Positions 44,801 through 55,915 are shown, counted from the whole stretch's first letter. The stretch is 63,714 nt of DNA, filler included, from 8 parts of 8 records of this genome joined end to end with filler, not necessarily neighbours in it, one strand, 5' to 3'. The notes: a model not told the origin generated them from the letters alone. Numbers and translations are program-made.

Positions 44801-47800
44801 CTACCTGTCGGTTTGGCTGGTACTTCACGCGGAGGTGCCTCGTTCGTTGATATTGCTGCACGGTGGATTTATTTGATTGGCCAGTCAATTCAGGAACCTG
44901 ATACGCCAGTCAAGTCCCGGGAGGATGCGGCGCATGCCAAAACGCCTCCAGCACGTGAGATCCCGCGATCCCGCACGCCATGGCCACGGGAATGTACGTT
45001 CCTGATATGCGCACTCTCAGCCTTGTCTAAACCGGTCTATCCTCCTTCAAAGACCCTCTTAGGTGGAGTGAGCTTGAAGGCCCTTGTAAATAGGAAGAAG
45101 GGTGCCTTGTTCAACTGGGCATGGGCTTTTGTGCACGCTGCATTCACGGCTGTGAGTTCCGTGGACTGGATGGAGCGCAACGCTCCCCCTGGGCAACGGC
45201 TACAATGGGGTCTCTGCAGCAGTGGTAGCTACGGCTGTGTAAGTGTCTTGCAGCGGAAGTTTACCGTGACAGATGCGCTCAAGGCTGTTCGGCGCTGCAT
45301 AGGTAGCAGTCCACATCCATTACACGACGCGATGGTATCATGGATGGCACCGGAGGCCAAGCCACCGTCACCAAAGGATGAGTCTGACTCGAAGCTGCCT
45401 TTCGACATCGACCTTGAGAAGGCTCAGATGGCCACGCCTGAGGCAACTGCAAAACTTGCTCGCCTTCGAACTTCACTGATTGCATTCCGCAAGACAGCGC
45501 GCCTGGAAACAGTTCCTTCGGTGTTCCAGAAATCTTTGGTAGAAGACGGCAGCGCAGCTCGTGTCCATCTTGCACGCGTCGTCGAAATTCTTGCGCAGCT
45601 TAAAGAAAGCGGGGACCAAGAATTTCAGCGTGTGCTGCATGATGTGCACGATTGCGACGCAGCTCGTGGCAGTCGACTAACAGTGGAAGTGGTTGGTCGG
45701 AAGTTGGCAGAGCTCGCCGGTGTTGCGCCGAAGGTTAAACTGGAGTACTTACTGCGAGCACTGGCGTCTTCACAAGGAGAAAAGGACCTGCAAAGTGCTT
45801 TCCCGGCCCTTGATGCTACAACGGCATTGAGTCTGGCATCCAAGGGTCTATTACTGCAAACCCAGCAACTACAAATTAGCAGGGCTCTGTTGACTGCGGC
45901 TGAACTCCAATCAATGCTGGACTCAGGTGTTGATGTTATGGAATTGCAGCAGGTTGCTACCCGGCTTACGGAGCAGCTCAGTTCTCAGATATTTCACGCA
46001 AAACAGGTTGCAGGTGGCGTTGCATATGATCCACGTATGCTACTATTTGAAAACTGTGCATCAATCACACTTCGCGCAGGGCAGGTTGCACTCCTGCAGA
46101 CGATTTCCGGTCAGATCAACAGAGGCGAGTCGCACTGCCATCAGATGATCATGGGCCAGGGCAAGACATCCGTCATCACCCCAGTACTTGTTTTGATGTG
46201 GTCATCACACAGACTGGTAACCATTACTGCACCGCCAGCACTGCTAGCGATGGCGCACAGCTGTCTGCTCGTACTCGCGAAGTTGCAGAAGCGCACTGTC
46301 GTGGTGACTTACAGACGCATGTGTACCGATGGCTCGGACCCGGTCGCTCAGGCACATACACTGCGCTCCACGTTAAAGCGTGCGCAAACGTCAGGATCCG
46401 CAGTGCTTAGCACGCCACAGACGCTCAAGTCGGTCATCCTTCACTTCATAGAGATGCAAGCACAACTCTGTGGCTGCTTGCCAATGGCAGACGACATGCC
46501 AGATCAGCATTCGATGGATTTTTCTGCCGTCTTTACCCCACAGATTCGTTGTGCTGCCATCCGTGATGAGCTCCAGCACTGCCTCGCCCTGTGGAACCAG
46601 GGGCTGCTGATTTTGGATGAGGCCGACGTGATCTTCCATCCCTTGAAATCTGAACTCTTGTTCCCGGTAGGCAATATGGTGGATGTGGCTGTGACAAAGC
46701 CTCGCATCCGCGGTACGATTCACCTGCTTAACGGCATGTTAGATGGAGCTTGTCCTGTGCTGGCAGAGAAGATGGACGACGCACTGCGTGCACGACAGAT
46801 GGCTCGCAACCCACATTTGCTTCTCATAGACCGCGCAGGCTACCATCGCTTCGTGCCGGAACTAGCTGCGTGGATGTGGCGGTGGCTGGAAGAGGAGCTG
46901 CAGGCGAACGATGCGCAGCTGATCAGGCGTGTGCCAATCCACATGAAAGCAACCAGCGTGCTCGACGCCGACCATGGTCCCGAGTTTGCAGTTGGTGGCG
47001 AGACCCTTGCCTCTGAACCACAACGGGGTGATGGCTGCAGGGGTGTAGGATTCTGGTGCTCAGCAGAGTCACCTGGGTGTTGCGAGTTTAGCTTTGAGGT
47101 AAGTCCGCCGGCTAAACTACGTACCCTGCGGATTCAGTACAAAGCTGTAAGTTCGTGGCCAGGGCGCAGCGGGAAGGTGATGATTCCTTCGGATACAGTC
47201 GTGGAATTGTCATCTGACGGGGGCGAGACATTTCCTCTGGCAGTGCGAGTGCCAATCTTGCACGGATACGGAGAAGAAAACGACGGCGTGCAGGTGCCGC
47301 CTGCGGCCAAGACAACCCATGTCCGACTGAGGATGACTGGAGATGCCCAATGGTTCGCAATTCGTGATATATTCTTCATGGTGGAGCCAGACTCGCGCAC
47401 AACAGTTGATAGGGACACGGTGATTGCGTACTTGACAAACCGACAATCTGCGATGATAGAGAGCGATGTACCGTTCGTTAGAGATCTCATGCGCATAGCC
47501 CACAACCTGATTCACTCGTTGTTGCCACACGCGCTCGAGAAAGTGTATCGTGTCGACTACGGCTTGATCGAGGAAGGAGATAGAGTTCAAGTGGAGCCGT
47601 CGAGCGACGAGTCGTTGCTACCTCCGAGGCGGCTACTCACTGCTGTACCATTCGTTGGAAAAGACTCGCCGTCACCGAGCGCAGAGTTTGCGCATCCTGA
47701 TGTCATCATAATGCTGACTTTTCTCGCATACAGGTATGCTGGTTTGCGAAAGACGGATACCACCGTGCTTGTTATGCACATGAAAGACGCGCAAGCGACT

Positions 47801-49660
47801 GAGGGCGGACCCGCATGCCTGCGTCCCTCGGGTAAGCTGTTCCAGCGCTGGTTAGAGGACGGGTGTGTTCCCACTGTCGGTGACAAAGTCTTCCTCCCGC
47901 TGTCCATGGTAGATATGGGCGATAGGTGGCAGGCGGAGTTCATCCACTCTGCCTTACAATACCATCATCCTGCCCAGAGCCATTACCTATCGGAAATCGT
48001 GCTTCCCAAGTGCTTGACATACCACGAAAGCAGACTGGGTGCAACTGGGGAGGAGCTGGGGGATTCGGTGGTCTTCGGTCAGAGACTAGCGTACACAGGT
48101 ACGCCAAATGAACTCCTACCCAAGGCTATGGGCAACTGCTGCTACGAAGACCGTGCTGACGGTCAAATGATTGAGACGTTATCATCGCCGGAGTGTGCCA
48201 AGTATGAGCGCGTGGCTGGCAATTGGAATGTGGCAAGCCTCATTGCATCAATCGCAACTCACAGTCCCCCTTTTTGCGCATTGATCGATCCTGGTGCCTT
48301 GGTGGTTGGGATCAGCAACAAGGCCGTGGCTCAGATGTTGCTCGATTGTGGCCTAGCTAACGCAGGAATGCAGGGCGTAGCATTCCTTGACAATAACGGT
48401 GATCGGATGATCCTACTGCTTGATGGTCGTGTCGTGCCGCTTGCAGAGGCGGGCGTTGCACTACACCTACGCTTCACGTTCTTCGATCAGCGTCACACGT
48501 GTGGCATGGATATTCCACAACCTCCGATTGGACGCGCCGCAGTGCTGATCGGGAAAGGGATGCGCCTTCGCGACTATACACAGGCATGCTGGCGGATGCG
48601 CGGAATCGGTAGGGGGCAGATCGTCCACACCATAGTCGTGGACGAGGTGTCGCGTTTGATTTCACAAGTAGCGCAGACAGAGAATCCTGCTGCCGATTTG
48701 CTGGCCTGGCTCACTACCAACGAGATCTTGACCGAACGACTGCAAGGGGTACGGCTTAGGGAGTTACATACACGAACGGAAGAACGTCGACCTGCGTTTG
48801 ATGTACTGATGCAGAGTGATTGCGAAGGTGACATCGAGATTCGGCATGTGCAGCCATACCTTGCGACTCAGTTTTGTCTTGGGCAGACAGGTACGAATGC
48901 TTCGCGAGAGATGGACGCTGAAGTTGAAGTAGAAAAGGAGATGGAAGTGGAGAAATCTAGCGTGTACAAAAAAACGTATACGCAGCACTGGTCGGCCTGC
49001 CAGTTTGACGAGGAACCTTGGCCGTTGGATGCTCTGCCCACGAGTACCAAGGCGGCGTCGCAGCAGTTCTGGTCCCTCAACGAGTTCATGCCAGACCCTC
49101 GGGTGGTGGCTTTACCTTTTGTGAGCACCGTCGTGGTGTCGCGCAATCACTCTTTGCCAACAGAAGAACACTGGACTGTACAGTCGGAACGTGGCGGCGC
49201 GCCATCGCGCGTGAAGAACGTGCTGTGTGCACTTGTCTGGGAGTGGCGGGGGCCGACTGGCGACGCTCTGGCACCTGCCGTACGGCGAGGCGTTGCTGCG
49301 GTGTCGCTCGCTGAAGCTGAGACGCTGCGCTGGCTGCTGAACCATTCTCCGCTGGCTCTCGGTCCTGAGGACCTGAATGTGTCGCTATGGGATGTGACAA
49401 CAATGACTCAGCTTGCTGGTGGAGCAGCTTCTCCAACAATGGAAGAGGTGGGGGCGCTGCGTCTTTTCAACTGCGATGTATGGTTGGATCCGACAACTGT
49501 GCAGCATGCTGTCACGCAAACGCTGCTCACGTCCGCTCAACCCGAAGATGTGAGCTTATGGATGTATCACATGATGGTGCTACGTAGACGTGACTGGAAG
49601 TCGGCACCTCGCGCTTTCGAGAACAGCCCAGTTGGAAAAGCGCTTGCTGCTTCACGATAA
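38849..49660 (+). CDS. Giant (~3560 aa) DUF3638/DUF3645 SF2-helicase-like protein with poly-Pro N-terminus and inserted discoidin (F5/8C)-like domain
   Basis: Exons 38849-39706 and 39842-49660 (GTGAGC..TGCAG intron). Motifs: QMIMGQGKTSVITP (Walker A), ILDEADVIFHPLKSEL (DEAD), AVPFVGKDSPSPSAEFAHPDV (DUF3645), YTGTP, ALIDPGALV, FDQRHTCGMDI and QACWRMRGIG (motif VI). Confidence 0.82.
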
Positions 49661-50567
49661 ACGAAGGTTGGTCGTGTTCAAACGCGTCGTGACCGGCTGT
49701 TCCCAATATGATTCTACTCGATCCTTGTGTTCGACGCGAGCACGCGATTTCTCTCCTATCGGAGAGAATGGAATGCAATGATGTTGTCCTCGGGCACAGT
49801 TTGTCTTGCCACTACATTTTCTTGCGTAGTATCCAAACCCTTGGAGTTTTCTTGAGGAAAATTGATGGTGTCGGCGAAAAACTTCCTGCGCCAGCGCGGT
49901 CATCTCCAACTCCTGGGATATCATCACGAGCGCCTTGAGGCGCTGCGTGACAAAGGGCATAGGGCTCCGATTCAAATTCGTTCATTTTCGTGGACTCAGG
50001 CCCATTTGCGGTCAAATTAGCATCGACACTAGTATCGGCCATGCCGCCTGACAAGGGTAAGGCCTGGTTTCTAAAGTGGAAAGCTGATATAGGGCATAAG
50101 GCTTTATGCCCTATATCACAGCAGGGGTGAGCTGGCTACGTTGCCTAAGGTGCTGCAACCTAATTTCTCGCAGCCGCTCTCTATACACCTCGCTCTCCCG
50201 AGCCCACTCAGCCCACGTCCGCCTCTGCACCACTAGCTCCTGCCTCCTATGCTCTTCAACTCTAGCCTGCACCCTATCGATCTCCTCAACAAGCTCCTCT
50301 ATCCTTCGGAGCATAACTTGGAGCAGCCCCCTGCTCGTTCCCGCCCTGCATCCGCAGCAGTGTACAGGTACACACTGTGTGTATAGTATGTACGCCATGT
50401 ATAGGGAAAAATACATAGGATTTGTACCAAATACGCAGAATCATGCGAAGTGGACTTTTTCAATTGAGGAGATGGTCGTAATCCGGCTGGTCCGTATCGA
50501 CTGTAGTAGTGCCGCCGGTGCCGCCCAGCGCAACCAGGTCGATTCTCATCAGTACAAAATCAACCTC

Positions 50568-50667
50568 NNNNNNNNNNNNNNNNNNNNNNNNNNNNNNNNN
50601 NNNNNNNNNNNTTAATTAATTAANNNNNNNNNNNNNNNNNNNNNNNNNNNNNNNNNNNNNNNNNNNN
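50568..50667. other. Artificial contig-joining spacer
   Basis: N44-TTAATTAATTAA-N44. Confidence 0.98.
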
Positions 50668-50863
50668 AGGGAGAATTCTCGTGCCTCTTCCTCCTGCAAA
50701 CCGCCCGTGTCGGCGTGTGCGCGCGGCACATTCGACACCGACACGCATGCGCAGAATGAACGTCCGCGGTACGCGTGGGTACGATCACGCCGATCGATAG
50801 CTAGAAGAACGGCGTCACGCTGCGTGGACCGGCCCGGGGCACCGTCCGCCGCCACAGCCACGG

Positions 50864-52160
50864 ATGCTGGCGGCACCTGTAGAACCGGAGCCAGAGCCGG
50901 AGCCGCAGCCGGCGCCAGGGCAGTCGGTAGAGCGCCCCAGCGCCGCGGACGTGCTGGAGAAGATGTTCGGCGACCATGCTGTGGGCGACTTCTTCTTCGT
51001 GCAGGTGGGCGCCAACGTCGGTGACACGCCGCAGGACCCGCTGTACAGGTCGGTGCTCAAGTACGGCTGGCACGGCCTGTTGGTGGAGCCCCTCACGCAC
51101 GCGATGGAGCAGTTGCGCTCGAATTACGAGGGCTGCGACGGCCTGATCTTCGAACAGTGCGCGATCTCCGACGCGGCGGGTGACCGCACGCTGCACTTTC
51201 CGAACGAGGCCGACGGCGCGTTCCGATCTCTCAACGACGATATGCAGACGATCGCCAAAGGGACGGCATCGTTCGACGCTGACCATACAAACAAAGTCTG
51301 CAAGGTGCAAGGCCATCGGATCGCGATGTCGCACGAAGTCTGCCGCTGCTCGACGATGGCGGACGTGCTGGATAGCCGTCAGGTAGCGCCCGAGGCCGTG
51401 CGGCTGCTGGTTGTGGACACTGAGGGTCACGACCACGTCATCCTGAACTCGCTCGACTACACTGTGCGCTCACAGCACCCAGCCCTGCACCCTGTGCCCG
51501 TAGCCTCACCCGCCCGCCCTAACGGAGTCGTTGTGCCGCACAGGTGTTTCGGCCGGAGGCGATCTTGTTTGAACACCGTCACACCGATGGCACCTGGTCT
51601 TTCCCAGTGCGTGCAGGAGAGAACTTCAGCTCGGTCAACCAGACCCTTCATGACGCTGGGTGATTTCTTATCCGTCGTGACTCTGCTCCGTTCTACCATC
51701 CAAAACAATGGCGTTTGTGGTTCATCAGCATGCACGCTGTTGGCTCCAGCCTATCGCTTCTGGTGTTGTATGCACGATGACAATCATCTCTGGTCACTCG
51801 TCTCTCCTTTTTGCTGACTGCGTGCTGGCGCAGCTACACAACTGTCCGTCTGGATCTTATGGACACCCTCGCTGTGCTTGACCCAGGCAGCCTCGCCGGT
51901 AAGCTTCTCCACTGGTTCCTGTGTGGCTCGAGAAACTGAGGCGAAGAGACAGGCAGCGTGATCACAGCAGATAGTCCTCGTGCTTCACTGATTTGTTCCA
52001 CGCGGATCCAGCATAACCGACGATGCGATGCTGTGGGGTTCTCTGCTTGTTCTTGCATGTAGGGCTCGGCATCAATCTTGACTCCTCTCGATCTACCGCC
52101 ATCGATGCTCAGGCAGCAGCGGTACTGGCGAGTGCGGGCTCAGTGACCATTGGTGCGTGA
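50864..52160 (+). CDS. FkbM-family (Methyltransf_21) SAM-dependent methyltransferase
   Basis: FFVQVGANVGD, WHGLLVEP and LLVVDTEGHDHVIL. Introns 51463-51543 and 51660-51833 give RPEAILFEH and GY..DTLA. The 3' end is either the stop near 51939 or, after a third intron, 52160. Confidence 0.78.
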
Positions 52161-52399
52161 GTCTACGGTTGTAGACACAATGTAAACGCATTTGTCTTTT
52201 CCCCGCGATCCTCCGCCTAATCATCCGAGCAGACGCAACTGAGGCGTGGTAAATCATCTACACACTGCTCTACACACTACTGAACAGGCCTGCTCACATG
52301 GCAAAGGAGTGCGTGGGGAAGGACGACGATAGGACGCGACGATACGTTCGAGGCATGGATGCGTTGTGGGCAAGTGCAGCGGTCGAGGGTCATGATGGT

Positions 52400-55300
52400 T
52401 CATTCACCACGGTTGCAATCGTTGTCCTCCTCAGTGTCACTCGCGCTGTCAGACTCGCTTGAGGAGTCGCTGCCTAGTGCCGAGAACGGGTTCGCATACG
52501 TGTGTGGCACTGCGGCTTCCTGAAGCTCGTCCTCATTCGATGACACCGCAGACGACTTACTCGTGGTCGGACAGACATCCTTCCCAACTTCCGCCGCTGC
52601 GCTCATCACGATGCCCCCATTCTTATACATGTCGACTGACGCTTGCAGCTCGTTTTCAACAGAGCTACTACACACTGCACTCAACTCTTCCTCGTGCAGA
52701 TCTTGCTCAAGCCACTGAGGACCAAGTGCGCGCTCGACATCCTTGATGTTCGCGGTGCGCAGTGTCTCTGTTGGTGTAAGCTCATTTAGCTGCATCAGCT
52801 TGAGTAGTGCTTTCAACCCTGTTCCATTCTCCCCGTTGCAGCGGCTCCACCCACTGGAGCAGGCCTCCTCCAGCTGCGTCGACAAGCGAGCAAGCCCAAG
52901 TTGAGCCTGCCTGTGCTGAGATGCCAGGTCCGGAAAGTAAGCGAGGAACTCGTCGCCCTCGTTGTTTCGAGCAATCTCTAGAAGCCGACGGGCAGTGTAG
53001 GTCCCCCCCGGACGCTCTTTGAGATGATGGATGGCAACGTACCCTGCAGACTTGACCTTGAGCCGCCGCCAGCAGCGGTCAACAACAACGAATCCTTCCT
53101 GCTCTATCGGATTGAGCCGCTGTGCTGCCACAACCACCTCCACCTCCGACCGCAGCGAGTCAAACCGTTTCGGAATTTTCCAGCCGTACGCCGATGCAAT
53201 TACTTCGCACGGGACTTCCTCCAGGGTTCCCAGATCTCTAGCCCCAAGGCAACGTAGCTCACGGCGAGCGTGTTGCACCACAATCCTGTGGTCGGGTGAA
53301 CTAAGCTCAAACATATAGCAGTGAACCGTTGATATAGGCAGCGCGTATCCAGCCTCTCGGAACGCAGCCCAAAAATGGTCGCAAAATGTGGCTTTCCCAT
53401 CTCCACCAGGCATTGGACCCGATGCTGTCGGCAACTTTTGGCTCGCCACTCGCCAACGTCCGACAGTGGCGCACGCATTTTGTACAGAAATTGATACGTC
53501 GGTGTCATATTCCCCGTGCTTGCCGCTGCCTACCCCGCCCAAGGAGTTTGCGCTGCCACAATCGCCATCGCCATGATGGAAGTAGAGAGTCAATAATGAC
53601 CCATCAATCTTCTCGTAAACGCGCGCCGATTGCCAATCAAAATCACTCCGCGTTTGGCGGGCATGCTTCTCCGAAACGTTAAAAAACTTAGTGAATGGAC
53701 AAGAGAGGAGTGCGAAGTTGTTTGACTCGTCTAGAATAAGTCCACGACATTCTTGCACCACATCGCTGCTCATGTTCGATTCGGTCTGCGAGTAGCTCAA
53801 TTGCACCAGACCAGGCGCTTCATCGGCCCGTCGGACAAGCAGCTTGTACCGAGCTACAACTTCAGGTAGGGATACTCCACTACGAAGTAATCTCACTGTC
53901 TTGAGTAAGTTGGCACCACATTGCTCATCTGCGGCTGCATCAACCGGAGGCTTGTATGTGCCTTCCAACAACAATGGCAAGGCCCTTGGCTCACTGACAA
54001 CCCACCGACTGGGAGGCCGGCCACCAGGCGCCGGAGTGGCCGCATAGTATGCGGGTTTACTCACCACGAGTAGCTTGCGTCCTTGCCTGCCCTTGCTGAC
54101 AGAGTGGCTGGTAAGGCCTAACTGTTCGCAGAGCTCGTGTGCTGTGCGCCGCTGTCCTGATGGCAGCATGAGCAGCTCAAGGCCGTCTGGTGGCTGGAGT
54201 GTCGTAGGTGCTGCTAGACCGTCGTGACAAGCGAAGTCGACAATCGCTGATCGTACTGCTGGAGGCAGCTCCTCCTGCTCAATCAACTCAGGATACTTCG
54301 AGCCAACTGTACCACTCAGCGCGACGTCAACAGCAACAGTCCCGTGAAGTACCAACCTTGTGGCCTCTGCAATCATCATTGGCGGTGATGCTTTGGCAGC
54401 AGCCAGTAGCTCAGCTGCATAGCTTGGAGGTGTCCCAGCCGCAGTAGATACTGCGAGAAAAAGTGGCTCGTTGCACAAACGCTGCATAGTCTGGTTGTGA
54501 TCTGTGACCCTGCCAGTCGCCCCGAGCTCGTGCTCTAGCTTCAACTGCACAGCAAGACATCGCGCATCGGCAGCCGTGGCAACGACACGCAGAGCAACCG
54601 TGACACCCAGGGGAAGCGCTGCGAGGTCGGCTTGGTCTGGGAAAGCAACCAGGCGTATCCGCTGACCATAGATGTTGCGATGTTGCGGTGGCAAAACGGA
54701 CAGCAACGCTGCGCGTGAGCTGGCTTCCAAGGTCACCGATGCAAGCACCACTGCTAGCACCTTCACTTCTACCTGATCACACCCGGCATTCGAGGCCGAG
54801 CTGGGCTGCACCTTCGTAGCGGTAGAAGGCGTACACTTCTGCGCCTGTTTTCCCACAGTCATACTCAATGTTCGATCAACGGATGAGCGAAAGTATGGCT
54901 GCAAATCCTTTTTCTTTTGCAGAGGCAAGGCACAAACATCAGCCCAGCACTGGCCGCTCTGGCCGCTCTGGCAGTCGGCTGATAGAATAGACACAGCTCT
55001 GTAGAGCTCCGCCCGTAGCTCTCGTAGATTAGGCGCTGCGAGCGTCCGCGCAGTGTTTTCGTCTGGCTCGATGGGATCCTCGCACACGAATGTTCGAGGA
55101 CAATTGCTGCGAGCCAGAGGTGTTTCTTCGAGCCGACATGGGCGACCGAGACGAACAGAGCAGCAGCTCGAGCTGAAATCGAATTTTGACCAGTAGAGAA
55201 AGAAACCGATAAGCATTTGCGACGTCTCCCGATCCGCCTGTGGTAAGGTGCTATGGTCTCCATCATCCTGCTGCTGATGTAGAGATGCTGTCGCGCTTAC

Positions 55301-55891
55301 TGCTGCCGCTGGTGGGAGCACCATTTCGCTGTGCTGCAAAAAGAAAGCAACCATGAGGGTCCAGGTGAACGAGTTAACATGCTCCCGTGCAGCGTTGCAA
55401 ATCCGCCTCCGCTTCGCCCACCACTTTACCAACAGGACCAGCGGCTGAAGCTGTGGACACAGTCTTCCGAACGCTCGCAGAAGCGCCGACTTAGCCACGC
55501 CTGCCGCCGGTCCTCCTGTGCCACGCCGCATCACAAGGTCGCAATCGAGACACCCTTGCTTGCATTTGATCAGTGAGGGGGCTTTGGACCGTGTTACTAT
55601 CGGATCGGCTTTCTCTACAGTCCCGTCCGCGACAAGTGCAGCCGCGAGCTGCGGCAGCATTGTGCTCTCGGCCGGTCCGTTCGAGCGCCGCGGAACCAAC
55701 GCAAGATCCAAGTCGCTGCTTTTCGTTGCCAGACCAGCTCCAACCGAGCCAACGACCACCACTGAGAATGTACTCGGAAACTGCCGCTCCACCACATCTG
55801 ATACGCGCAAATGCAGGTGTCCCCACGCAGCTACCAAGGACGGCGCTGCGCGCAGAGCACGCAGCGCCTCCACAAGCTCATCGACCAGCGA
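52400..55891 (-). CDS. Fusion protein: Cid1/TENT-type RNA nucleotidyltransferase + degenerate 2H phosphoesterase + R3H + T4 Rnl1-like ATP-dependent RNA ligase (5'-partial)
   Basis: One uninterrupted frame of ~1160 codons. NTase: GSVGAGLATKSSDLDL, DCDL, LVKWWAKRR and EDPIEPDENTAR. R3H: QRRTAHELCEQLGLTSHS. Ligase: ECRGLILD, PFTKFFN, EKIDGSL, YMFEL, EGFVVVD and RLKVKS. There is no ATG before the catalytic DxD, and an AATAG acceptor precedes 55891. Confidence 0.85.
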   Translation of the reverse strand, partial: SLVDELVEALRALRAAPSLVAAWGHLHLRVSDVVERQFPSTFSVVVVGSVGAGLATKSSDLDLALVPRRSNGPAESTMLPQLAAALVADGTVEKADPIVTRSKAPSLIKCKQGCLDCDLVMRRGTGGPAAGVAKSALLRAFGRLCPQLQPLVLLVKWWAKRRRICNAAREHVNSFTWTLMVAFFLQHSEMVLPPAAAVSATASLHQQQDDGDHSTLPQADRETSQMLIGFFLYWSKFDFSSSCCSVRLGRPCRLEETPLARSNCPRTFVCEDPIEPDENTARTLAAPNLRELRAELYRAVSILSADCQSGQSGQCWADVCALPLQKKKDLQPYFRSSVDRTLSMTVGKQAQKCTPSTATKVQPSSASNAGCDQVEVKVLAVVLASVTLEASSRAALLSVLPPQHRNIYGQRIRLVAFPDQADLAALPLGVTVALRVVATAADARCLAVQLKLEHELGATGRVTDHNQTMQRLCNEPLFLAVSTAAGTPPSYAAELLAAAKASPPMMIAEATRLVLHGTVAVDVALSGTVGSKYPELIEQEELPPAVRSAIVDFACHDGLAAPTTLQPPDGLELLMLPSGQRRTAHELCEQLGLTSHSVSKGRQGRKLLVVSKPAYYAATPAPGGRPPSRWVVSEPRALPLLLEGTYKPPVDAAADEQCGANLLKTVRLLRSGVSLPEVVARYKLLVRRADEAPGLVQLSYSQTESNMSSDVVQECRGLILDESNNFALLSCPFTKFFNVSEKHARQTRSDFDWQSARVYEKIDGSLLTLYFHHGDGDCGSANSLGGVGSGKHGEYDTDVSISVQNACATVGRWRVASQKLPTASGPMPGGDGKATFCDHFWAAFREAGYALPISTVHCYMFELSSPDHRIVVQHARRELRCLGARDLGTLEEVPCEVIASAYGWKIPKRFDSLRSEVEVVVAAQRLNPIEQEGFVVVDRCWRRLKVKSAGYVAIHHLKERPGGTYTARRLLEIARNNEGDEFLAYFPDLASQHRQAQLGLARLSTQLEEACSSGWSRCNGENGTGLKALLKLMQLNELTPTETLRTANIKDVERALGPQWLEQDLHEEELSAVCSSSVENELQASVDMYKNGGIVMSAAAEVGKDVCPTTSKSSAVSSNEDELQEAAVPHTYANPFSALGSDSSSESDSASDTEEDNDCNRGE

Positions 55892-55915
55892 CTATTTCGT
55901 TCACACTTTTGCATG

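Noticed and set aside
50111-50416. 101-aa R/E-rich minus-strand ORF
   Set aside because: Short, low-complexity and near a contig end. It may be a gene or transposon fragment but cannot be assigned.
50864-55891. FkbM methyltransferase as a Hen1-like partner of the RNA ligase fusion
   Set aside because: It is FkbM-type rather than Hen1-type, it is convergently transcribed, and adjacency in a eukaryote is weak evidence.
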